A stretch of DNA of 60,552 bases from a virus (lineage: Duplodnaviria > Caudoviricetes), in the IMG/VR virus record IMGVR_UViG_3300043414_000845, positions 1 through 60,552 of that record. One strand, given 5' to 3'. Positions 24,803 through 34,800 of this stretch are shown piece after piece (position 1 is the stretch's first letter; every line of letters starts with the position of its first letter). A program made the position numbers and the translations under genes. The notes under the pieces are model-generated. The model saw only the letters and a program-made list of their open reading frames with translations, was not told the origin of the DNA and made no database searches.

Positions 24803-25555
24803 TTAACCTTGAACGGTCCACATATCGTCGGACAGGTTCCGGTCCGCCAGGTACGCAAACGGCATCGAGCAGTAGCCCTTGTTGCCCCAGTCCGGACCCC
24901 AGGAGTTGCGAACGATGAACCTCTTTGATTTCTGCGAGTACCCGACGGCCAGGACCGCATGACCACCCTCGACCTGGTCACCAGGCTTCGGCATCGGCAC
25001 CTTGCCGGTGCGCGCCACCGCATCGCTCATGAACGACGTGTAGACCGTGAACCCGAAGACGAACGGGAACCCCGCCGCCAGGCAGCGCAGCATGTCGTCG
25101 AGCGTGACGATGCGCTGGTACTTCGTGAACTTGTGGTTGGCAGCGCTGGCATAGGCTTGCGTCGACGGCTTCACGGCAAACATGCTGATGTCGTAGGGCC
25201 AGATCGCCTCCAGGGATGCGCCGGTCGTCCGGATCGCCTTGATGCCGTCCCGGATGTACGCGCCGGAGTCCTGACTGACCTCGTTGATGTACTCGCGCTC
25301 GCAGTAGTAGATGAACAAACGGCTGATGTCGGCCGCCGACTTGCCACCCTTGCCCTCCAGGAGCTCAATGGCCCCGGCGATTGCGTTGCCGGTGCACGAG
25401 CCGAGTTGCCCCTGGTCCTCGACCGGCGAGCACAGAGGGCGAAGGTCCTTGATGATCGGGAGCTTGGCCACCGCAACCTTCTTCGGTGCGTAGATGTGGT
25501 CGCGTTGGTCCGGGAGGTCCGGACGCCAGTTCAGCTTCCTACTTTGGTTCGTCAT
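24803..25555 (-). CDS. C1A papain-like cysteine peptidase (xylellain-like)
   Basis: DQGQLGSCTGNA (oxyanion Q, catalytic C), GGHAVLAVGY (H), RNSWGPDWGNKGY (N); WRPDLPDQRD N-terminus; no signal peptide. Confidence 0.93.
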   Translation of the reverse strand: MTNQSRKLNWRPDLPDQRDHIYAPKKVAVAKLPIIKDLRPLCSPVEDQGQLGSCTGNAIAGAIELLEGKGGKSAADISRLFIYYCEREYINEVSQDSGAYIRDGIKAIRTTGASLEAIWPYDISMFAVKPSTQAYASAANHKFTKYQRIVTLDDMLRCLAAGFPFVFGFTVYTSFMSDAVARTGKVPMPKPGDQVEGGHAVLAVGYSQKSKRFIVRNSWGPDWGNKGYCSMPFAYLADRNLSDDMWTVQG

Positions 25556-25958
25556 CTTTGGGCTCCACTACCATGCGCCTCATGATCAGATCGATCTGGC
25601 GCTCCGCCTCGACCTTCTGCGCCTTCGCCGTCCTCGACGTCGGCACCGTCTTCAGCTCATCCTCGGCCTCGTCGAGCCTGGCCTGCCAGAACGCCAGCAT
25701 CAGGGCAGACTGGTCCTTGCGGATCGCGTTCTGCGTGCTGGCCAGCTCCTTGATGAGGTCCATCATCGCCTGGTCTCGGTCCAGCTCCTTCTTGACCATC
25801 GTCTCCAGGTCAGCCGCCGACACCCAGGGCACCAGGTCGATGCCCAGCGCGTTGGCCCCGCCGATCACTGATGTGACCGACACCGCAATCGCGGCCAGGC
25901 TGGAGATGACCGGTGTCTGCTGCACCGCGCCCATGCTCCTCATCAGAAACTCTTTCAT
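25539..25958 (-). CDS. Membrane-anchored coiled-coil protein
   Basis: N-terminal hydrophobic segment; GGAGG RBS. Confidence 0.6.
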   Translation of the reverse strand: MKEFLMRSMGAVQQTPVISSLAAIAVSVTSVIGGANALGIDLVPWVSAADLETMVKKELDRDQAMMDLIKELASTQNAIRKDQSALMLAFWQARLDEAEDELKTVPTSRTAKAQKVEAERQIDLIMRRMVVEPKDDEPK

Positions 25959-25967
25959 AGCTCCCTC

Positions 25968-26282
25968 CTATTGGACCGGCGGCCTGACCCCGAGCCGCTC
26001 CGATACACGATCAATCTTCACTTCCAAGCGATCCAGTTGCTGGTCGAGGTGGGCCTGGGTAGCCCTCATATCGACCGTGGCAGCCTCCTCGACGGCCATC
26101 CGCTCCCGGATGCGAGTGGCCTTCAGCTCATTGGTGTAGACCTCAAGGGCCTCGATCCGGCTGTTCATGCTGGATACCATCCAGGCAAGAGCCATCGCCT
26201 GAATCACGATGGCCCCAATCGTGGCTATCGGAACCCGCTTGTCCAGGTGCCAAGAGCCACCCGTCTCCGTCACAAGTGTCAT
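25968..26282 (-). CDS. Single-TM coiled-coil lysis-region protein
   Basis: WHLDKRVPIATIGAIVIQ motif, C-terminal RLEVKIDR. Confidence 0.7.
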   Translation of the reverse strand: MTLVTETGGSWHLDKRVPIATIGAIVIQAMALAWMVSSMNSRIEALEVYTNELKATRIRERMAVEEAATVDMRATQAHLDQQLDRLEVKIDRVSERLGVRPPVQ

Positions 26283-26295
26283 TCCCCTCAATCCC

Positions 26296-26784
26296 TCAAT
26301 GTACTGTCGCGAACTGAAAATGCTGGCAGTCGGGGCGGTCATGCCAGCGCCCACCCCAGGTCGCCCCCGCCCCTTCGAAAATGCCGACGACGGCCATCGG
26401 GATCATGCCCGCAGACCAGGGTGTGCCGAGCGGGTTGCCGGTCGGGTTCAAGTCGATGGCGCAGCCGTAGCTGTGCGTCGAGAGCTTTGTGCTGCCTCGC
26501 ATGAGGCGGAAGTTGTACGCGCCACCGTAGAGGTGCAAGCCGTGGAGCTCGCGCTGCTGGACGTCGTAGAGCTGGCCGATGGCCTTCAGGCAGTCCTGCA
26601 TCGCGTTGGCGCAGTTCTTGTGCGCCACGATCTTGCTGACCTTGGTGGTCGGCTCCCAGGCCAGGACCATGTCGTAGGGCGGCACGAACCGGACAAGGTT
26701 GGCGACTTCCCAGGAGCGGTCGGCCATGCCATCACCGTTGATGTCCGGGTTGCCGTAGAAGAACTTGCAGTTCGCTTGGGTCAT
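26296..26784 (-). CDS. Endolysin, M15 metallopeptidase
   Basis: GAYNFR...STHSYGCAIDLNP...WGGRW...DCQHFQ. Confidence 0.9.
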   Translation of the reverse strand: MTQANCKFFYGNPDINGDGMADRSWEVANLVRFVPPYDMVLAWEPTTKVSKIVAHKNCANAMQDCLKAIGQLYDVQQRELHGLHLYGGAYNFRLMRGSTKLSTHSYGCAIDLNPTGNPLGTPWSAGMIPMAVVGIFEGAGATWGGRWHDRPDCQHFQFATVH

Positions 26785-27386
26785 TTGAAAGCTCCGAACA
26801 GCAGGATGAGCAGACTCCAGTGATACGCACCAGCCAGGAGTTCGGATGTCTGCGACGAGCTGCCGATGCGCCAGCCTGCCCAGTACACGACGCCCAGGAG
26901 AGCGCCGGAGGCGGCATACAGCCCCGCCTGGAGCGGGTGGAACCAGAACAGCGGCAGGATCGCCAGGGAGCAGCGCAGGAGGCCGATGAAGCCCATGCCG
27001 GTCATGTGGAAGGACCAGCGCCTCCAGGTGTCCCAGCTCGCGTCAGGCAGCCCGCCAAAGAGCTTGGGGAGCCACCAGGACGTGGTGATCTCGGTCTGGG
27101 TCCCCTGGATGATGTCGCTGGCTGGAACCCGCCCAGGGAACATCATGTGCCCCCCGTGGCCCAGGAGCGCGTAGGAGGCGAACGCGGTGACCACCAGGAC
27201 CGGCAGCAGCCAGAGCGGCCCACCGGCCAGCTCGTAGGTCAGCGCCCCGGTCGGGATCGCCCAGACCGCCCGCATGGTGTGCGTGCCGGTGTACCAGTGC
27301 GGACCAAGCAGGTCCCGCCACCAGCCACCACGCAACCGGTTCAGGATCGCGCCGATGAACGCGCCAATGATGAGCTTGACGAGCAT
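26781..27386 (-). CDS. Multi-TM membrane protein
   Basis: NRLRGG motif, several TM helices, SELLAG C-terminus. Confidence 0.7.
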   Translation of the reverse strand: MLVKLIIGAFIGAILNRLRGGWWRDLLGPHWYTGTHTMRAVWAIPTGALTYELAGGPLWLLPVLVVTAFASYALLGHGGHMMFPGRVPASDIIQGTQTEITTSWWLPKLFGGLPDASWDTWRRWSFHMTGMGFIGLLRCSLAILPLFWFHPLQAGLYAASGALLGVVYWAGWRIGSSSQTSELLAGAYHWSLLILLFGAFK

Positions 27387-28885
27387 CAGGCGTTGACCTT
27401 GTCCGTCCAGCCCCAGACCCATATGCCATTGGTGGCACCACCCGCTGCGGTCGACGTGTAATAGAGCGAGGTACTTTCGAGCTGAAATTCCGTCAGCGTC
27501 TGGGTTTCCGTGAACGTACCCGCGCCCATCGAAGTGCCGCCGAAAAATCTCGTTTGGCTCGCATCGACCCATCCACCGTCATTGCTGGGGAAAATCATGA
27601 GCCTTTGGTTATTAAAACCACCCTCCCACACGACGATGGAGATCGCTGAGGCTGTTGAAGGGATGTTCTTTGCGTTGCCAGAGCCAGTGGACCCTTGCAC
27701 CTGAATGGCTGTCAGGGTGGCTCCGACGTTGGCGATAGTCAGTCGCGTCATGAAGGTTGTGGTCGAGCCAGCCGTGACAACGTACTGGACCTTCCTGCCG
27801 ATCTGCTTCGTACGCAGGAACGTCGACGCGCCGCCCGTGATCATGCAGCCGATGCGATACTTGAACCCGCCGCTGTACCCGGTGGGGAGCGTCGGAGCTG
27901 TTGCACTCAGGGATGCAAGGGAGCCCACGCCCGTGCCATCCGGCTTGGCGATGATGAAGATGTGATACTCGGACGTCGCCGCGATGGAGCCGGTGTCGAG
28001 CTTGTTGAGGGCACCGTTCGACGAGCAGTCGCAGGTGAAGGAGCCAGCCAGGGACGCGATGCCTCGGCCATTCGAGTCCACGATCACGACCTGGTCATAG
28101 GTGATCGAGATGTTCGTGGTCGCGCCACCATTGGTGATGACCAGCCCGGTTGCACCAGGCAAGGCTACGAACAGCGATATGGTTGATGGCGTGAAGCCGA
28201 CGAGCTCCAGAATCCAGGCCGAGTCCACCGCGGAGTAGGTGCAGCGGTACGTGTTGCCGGTCACAATCTCGCCGCCGACGCAGGCCGTCAGGCCAGAGGT
28301 CGTGGCCACCTTGACCGTGATCGCACCGACCCCGCCATAGTCCAGCGTGGTGCCGGATGAGTTGGAGGATGTTGCCTTGAAGTAGCAGACGGTTCCGCCC
28401 GCCAGGGAGAACGGTGTCACGGTCGGCGTGACGATGATGGCGTTTGCCGTGCCGCTGGTCGTGCCGTAGCTGAACCCCTGCTGGATCGCAGAGGCTGTGT
28501 CCTGGGGGGTCATGGCCCTGGCTGTGTCCGTCCCGATGACGGCCTCCGTCTGCGTCGCCAGCTCCACGGTGCCAGCGACCGTCGTGCTCGCAGCCGACAC
28601 GGTTCCGGACGCTATCGCCGTCGCCGTCCAGATCGTCGAACCCGACGAGTTCTTCAGCACCGCGTCGTAGGTGACGCCTGACGCCAGGTAGATCACCGGG
28701 AACATGCCAGAGCCGTCCGCGACGACAGGGTTCGTGTTCGGAACCGTCTGCGCGGTGTCGGAGTACGTGTTCGACGGGGTCGTCGTACCCGTCAGGTAGA
28801 AGTAGAGCAGCCCGCCAGGATACGGGTTCCCGGAGCCGTCGACCGGCTGCAAGAAGGGCTGCGGAACTCTGTTGGTGGCTGGCAT
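27386..28885 (-). CDS. Tail fibre/spike
   Basis: N-terminal head-binding-type domain (GNPYPGGLLYFYLTGTTTPSNTYSD...NTNPVVADGSG), AGTVELATQTE, G/S/T-rich. Confidence 0.85.
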   Translation of the reverse strand: MPATNRVPQPFLQPVDGSGNPYPGGLLYFYLTGTTTPSNTYSDTAQTVPNTNPVVADGSGMFPVIYLASGVTYDAVLKNSSGSTIWTATAIASGTVSAASTTVAGTVELATQTEAVIGTDTARAMTPQDTASAIQQGFSYGTTSGTANAIIVTPTVTPFSLAGGTVCYFKATSSNSSGTTLDYGGVGAITVKVATTSGLTACVGGEIVTGNTYRCTYSAVDSAWILELVGFTPSTISLFVALPGATGLVITNGGATTNISITYDQVVIVDSNGRGIASLAGSFTCDCSSNGALNKLDTGSIAATSEYHIFIIAKPDGTGVGSLASLSATAPTLPTGYSGGFKYRIGCMITGGASTFLRTKQIGRKVQYVVTAGSTTTFMTRLTIANVGATLTAIQVQGSTGSGNAKNIPSTASAISIVVWEGGFNNQRLMIFPSNDGGWVDASQTRFFGGTSMGAGTFTETQTLTEFQLESTSLYYTSTAAGGATNGIWVWGWTDKVNA

Positions 28886-28887
28886 GG

Positions 28888-31800
28888 CTAGTCCCCTAAA
28901 TCGACGCCAAGGTCTCGATAATAATCGAGCAGCGGGTCTTCCCGCTCCCTGGTGGTGGTGATGCGTGGGATAGGCTTCGGCGCAGGCAGTCGTGGCCGGA
29001 TCGGTGGCTGTTCGGATTTTTGCTCTGCGCGCTTCCGCAGGCCGGTCAACTTCTTGACCCCCCGTGGCAGTGCCTGGCGCAAGATAGCACCAAGATGCTG
29101 AATCGAGCTATCGCTGAGTCCGTCGTCGCCGCCCAGCATTCCGAGCCAGCTCACCTCCATGCTTTCGCCACTCACCGTGCCGTTGATGCGGCCGATGGGC
29201 TTGCCGTGCAGCATGATGGCGAACTGCTTCAGGTGCGGTGCCCCGCGGCGCTGCTCCAGCCAGTCCTTCTTGTAGACCCGCTCCAGGTCTCCCTGCTGGT
29301 CCGAGATGGTGGCCTGCTCGCCAGCGTCGACCTTGCCGTTGGCAAAGCCGTCACGAAGGGTGTCGAGGAACCGGCCGCCCTGGGGCGCGTCCTCGTACTT
29401 CGTGTCGAACTTGTCACCCATCTGGTACAGGATGTGGTTCATGCGCTCGCTGAACGAACCGGTGTTGTTGACCGATTTGATCTGGTTCGGGTGGAAGGCG
29501 ATGTAATGCACGACGTCGTCGTCGATGCGGGGGCGCTCTGCGCTACCACCGTCGAACTGAGCAGGCCAGCGGTCCTTTACTTCCGTATCGATGACGCCGT
29601 CGTAGCCCATCTTCTCGAACAGGCTCCGCATCACTTCCGGGATCGGGTTGTCAGCCCGAAACTTCGGAAGCTCTGTCATTACGGCATGCAACAACTTCGG
29701 GTCGTCCATCAGTTGCCAGACAAAGTAGCCCGCCCCAATCGTTGTCCCGTGTGGCACCGTGTTCATGATTTTGGAAAGCCATTCAGTGAACTTCTGCCTC
29801 ACCACCTTGTTCTTGTAGAGGTCACCATCGACTCCCTTCAGAACGCTCGGCAGGTGGTCCAGCATCGCGTGCATTGTTGACTTCGGGATGCTGGTTTCGT
29901 TTGGCCCTCCAAGGTAGAGGGGCTTTTGGATGCTGAGGTAGAACGAATAGATAGCCCCCTCATGCGCCGTGGTTGCCTGCTTCCACTCCTTCACTTTCTG
30001 CTCCAGCTCCTTCGTGGTCAATGTGGGAGCTTCCGACGCGGCGTGATCCCACGCCCTCTGATCGAAGTCCGGGGCGTCGTAGCCGGTGTAGTTAAACGAG
30101 GCGTCGTCACGGCTATTGGTGAAGTAGAACCTGTTGCCAAAGAAGTTCCCGTTGTTGCCAGGCTTGAACTCGGTGATGTCGTGGTTCGACCCGTGGAACA
30201 CCGTGATCGGATGACCGACGCTGTCGATGGCGTGGCTCTTCTTCCACCAGGACTTGAACTCCGGCGTGTTGACCTTCGGGTCCGCCGGGGCCAGCTCGCC
30301 CTTTTTGTATTTATCCTTCACCGGCACATACGGCAGCTCCTTCTGGTACATGACCCGCTTGTCGGTCGTGCTCCATTCGCCGCCGTTGTTGACGCCCTTG
30401 ATCTGCCCCTGGTCGAACACGCGGTATTCGACGGCATCCTTGGCAGCGCTCCACGCGAGATGGATTGCTCCGTCATAGCCCTTCGACGCCGCCAGCTTCA
30501 CAAACCCAGGGTCGTCCAGGAGGATGTTGGCCTGAATGTAAAGGTCGTTGATGGCGGCCGGGTTCTCGTCCAGGAGTTCCCTCACAGAATCGTAGTCGTC
30601 GAACTTCTCGTGCCAATTGTCCGTGTCCATGATGGCGCTCTCCAGGACGTCGCCGTCCTCGATCACCTTGAGCAACTCGCGCTTGCCCAACTTCCGAACC
30701 AATGGGGCGAGCTCGGTAAACGGATCATCCTTGTCTTCGAAGATCGGGTGCTCGATCCTGGCGTAGTACGTGCCAACCCTTGGGGCCTCCGCAACGTCTC
30801 TGCGGATGTTTGGCTCTAGGGCATACATGCTCGCCATGTCCGGGTCCTCGACGAGCGTGATGGACGGCAGCCTGGTCTGGATGTCCTCGCCGTTAGGCTC
30901 CCCGTGCTCACCGCGGTACAGCGCGAGCGGCTTGCCCTTGCCATCGACAACCCTGGAAATGCCGAACCACTTCTTGAAGTTATGGCTCTCCGGGTCACCT
31001 GCCGCCTGGTAGAGGATGCGCTTGTCGCCCCTGTTCCAGGTGCCGCTGTTGTGCGTCGACTTCACCTGCCCCTGCTCGAACGGCCGGTAGGTGTCATGAA
31101 CCGGAACGCCAGTGCTGCCCTCCTCCAGCTTGTCCCTGCCAGGCTCGTAGTGGTCAGCGCCGCCTTCGAAGACGTCCTTGTGGATCACGCCGTCGTAGCC
31201 AAGCTGCTTCAGCATGTCGACGAACATGGGTGAGTCCGCGAAGCTGTAGGCGTCCAGCGAACTGTCGTGCAGGGCGTTCTCCAGCTCCTCGTACTTGCCG
31301 TCTTCGCCGAGCTGCTCGATCAGATCGGCCAGCTCGTCAAAGCTGCGGACCTGCATGCCGTCGCTGTCCCCCGCGCGAATGTCGTGCTCGGCACCAGTGC
31401 GGTAAGCCGTGGTGTCCATGTCCCGAAGAGCTTCCGCGATGTCGATGTATCCGACCTTGCCATCGTGCAGGCCTGTAGGCTCGTTCCAGTCGTAGTTCAG
31501 GAGCTCGACGACGTCGCCCAGCGATGGGTGTTCGCCGACGGCGCGCAGGTCCAGGGGCTTCTTGATTGACAGGTAGGTGGGCAGCACGTTCGATCCAGCG
31601 CCGTACTGCTTGCCTGGCAACTGCCTGGAGTAGACGGACGCCACATCCGGATCAGGCGTGAAGGACGGCGTCGCCCGGCCACTGGTGAGGGTAAACCCAT
31701 CCTCCCTGGCATTGCGACGCTGGCCGCGGAACAGCTTGAGCGGGCGGCCGTCAGGAGTTGTTGCAACACTGCCTTCAAAGAAGCGTTTGAACGCAGGTGT

Positions 31801-34800
31801 ATCGGTCGTCGCCCTGGCTACGCGGTCAGCGTAGTCCGTCTCGCCGTCCGCGATCTGGTAGCGCAGCATCTTGTTGGCAGGCTTCACAACCACACCAGCC
31901 TTGTCCGTGATCTCCGTCTGGTAGCCCTGGCGAGCCTCCGGCGTGACCTTGATGCCGTGGATTTCGTGGAAGGCTTTGGCGTTCCGCTCAACCTTCAGCT
32001 CCGACCACGATGGCGTCGACCCCTCCGCGATGTCGCTCTCGTTCTGAAGTCGCTTGGCTTCGGCGTATGCCTCGGCCGCTTCGCGCGTGCTGAACGATTC
32101 GACGTTTTCTCGGAGTCCTGATTGTTCCCAACGGTGCTGACCAGTGACCGCCCACGCCTCTGCTGGGTTCTTCACGACCCGCAGCGTCCCCCACTTCAGG
32201 CCCATCTTCGCCAGGAAGGCCTTCGAGTCCTTCTGAACGGTCTTGTCGTAGAAGTTCATCATGCCCTGGTTATTGATCGCGAGGCCGCCATCTTCGATGG
32301 TGCCAGACGCGATGTACTTATCTGTCGGATCGAACGCGGAGTTGTGCCCGTGCCGTTGCTGGACGATCTGCTCCGCCCCAGCCTTGCCAAGGTTGTTCTT
32401 GATGTCGAGCTCCGTCAGCCCTTCCAGGACGTGCCGCTGCCGGTGCTGCCGGTCTTTCTGCATGTCGATCTCAAGGTCGAACTTGCCGTCGCGGCGCTCC
32501 TTCCAGACCAGCTTCTTCACCGCGGTCCGCAGGGCCCCTGGATAGCGCTCGACCTGCTGCGCGCCCGTGGGCATGCCGACCCAGTCGTAGCCGTTCACAA
32601 TCGCCTCATGCAGGATGTACTTGAGGGCGACCATCGGCCACGAGTCTTTGTGGGGAAGGCTGTCTGGCTGAGGATCGGCTGACATGAGCTTCGACCAGGC
32701 TTCATCCGACTTGTTGATTCCGCGGCCAATGCGAAGCCTTGCGCGCGACAATAATTCGGCCTCAACAAGCGCGTTAGAGGCGTTCGGTACAATCCCCCGG
32801 CTTGGCAGCTTCTTGAGCTGCTCCTTCAGGTATCTCACCGCCCCTTGCATGTGACTTGGGATTTTGTCGGAGTCGACGCCAAGGTATTCCGAAGTGTACT
32901 CCACGTCGTCCCACTTGGCGTAGTCGCCAAACGTCCAGTCCTCTCCCTTGCGCGGGTCCGTGTCGTACAGACGCTTCAGGTCGAGGTTCAACGAGATGGC
33001 TTCTTTCAGGGCATGTGAGAGCGCGCGTGCGTTATCCCTCACGCCCTCCTTATGCTTGTTGAGCTCTGTGGTCCCCAGGTACTTAAGCTCGCGCTCTTCT
33101 GCCCCGTACCCAGTATACCCTTGTTCGCGCGGGCCAAGCACATCGGCCAGAATCTTGGCTGCCTGGCGAGCTGCCTGGTGCGGGTCGGACTGGTCTTCCT
33201 CGAACACGATGGCCTTGCCACCGTCTTCCGCTTCAAAGTCCTGCGCGCGGAAATGCTGCGCGATGTTGCGATGGTCATCCGATCCGAAGTGCGATGGCAG
33301 GCCTCTGCTGACCTGGTCCCGGATTCGCTCTGCCGGAGAGGACGGGTCTGGCTGGTAAATCTGCACAGCGTTCTCACCAGGAGGCGCGAGCAGCAGCTTG
33401 TCTGGCAGCGTCGGGATCGTCACCAGGTACTCGCGCTTGTAGGTGCCACCACCCTTGAGGTTGTAGCTGCCGTACCGGGTGCTATCCACTGAGGTCGGGA
33501 TACGTGGTCGGTTGTTGTTGTTGTTCCGACGGCGATTGTTACCGTACCAGTGGTGCCGCACGCGATCCGCCAGGTCGTTATGATCCAGCTCTGACCCAGC
33601 TTCATCGACCAATGCGTCAACGGCCTGTGACACCCACCAGTCGTGGTCATCGTTCAGCTCCTCTTCTATTTCGTCGTGAGCCTGCTCGGACCATTCTTCA
33701 TACCAATCGTTGTTCAGGCGCTCAGCGGCACGCTCGCCAGAGCGCTCCGTTTCAAAGTGGTCGCCGGATTCCTCCCAGTCGTCGTTCTTCAGGTCGTAGA
33801 CCCGGTAGCCTTCCTGCGGCTCCTCCTCGGTGTAGAAGACGCGGGACTCGTCGCGGATGTGTTGAAGCGCCTTCTTGATGGCCTCTTCTTCACTGTCGCC
33901 AACGATAGTTTCCTTGACCTCGTGGTTGTGAAAATCCGCGTCATGATCGTGATTGTCAGGGTCGGAGAGCTGGTACTCCGGCTGGTCATCGTTTGACAGC
34001 TCGTCGGTGTCGATCTCTTCTCCGCCAATATCGACGGGCTTGTTCTTCCTGTTCGTGGCATGCTGGTGAATGTCGACCTCCCACTTCGAAGGCCTTCCCA
34101 TCAGGCGGGTCAGCAACCCTCCGACCTCACGCGGCTTGCCGTGGAAGTAGACCGTGGGCTTCATATACCGGTTGTTGCTAACGTCCCAGTCAGCGTCGCT
34201 CTCGCTTTCATGGATGTCGTGGTAGTCGACGGTTTCCCCACGACCGTCGCGCTCCACGACCCGATAGGCTGGGTTGTCGTACTCGCGGTGCTCGTACCGG
34301 GTGCGCGGGTTGTCGTCGCCGCCATCGTAGTGATCCAAGCGGTCGCTAATTTCGTCTGAGGCGAAGTTGTCCCGGATGTACTCCCTGACGTCGTCCATAT
34401 CGTCGAAGCGAGATTCGTCCATGTCAACCGTCTCGAACGGATCGCCTGGAAAGTCCGGGTCCGCGGGCGGCGCGGCTGGCACCGGCTTCTTCTTCTCTTC
34501 CTGGACCGTCAATGCCCGCGACAGCGGCTTCGTGCCGTCGTCCTTGATAATGACGTGCAGCTCGGTGCGGTTGTCCTCGCGCCGGTTGACGACGTGGTCC
34601 TTGGTCAGCGGCTTGTCTTTGAACTCGGTGAACAGATGCTCCAGGCCGGTGTCGCGCAGCTCCTCCGGCTTCACACCCTGCTTGATGAGCTCCGCTCGCC
34701 ACTGGGCCCCGTGGCCCCTGGTGAGCTTGGTCGACCCAAGGGCGATGTCCAGGGCGCTGTCGAAGACGTTGTCGAGCTTGGACTCCGGCGTGACCTGGTA

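Noticed and set aside
27386-28885. Diversity-generating retroelement targeting the tail fibre
   Set aside because: No reverse transcriptase and no template/variable repeat pair seen
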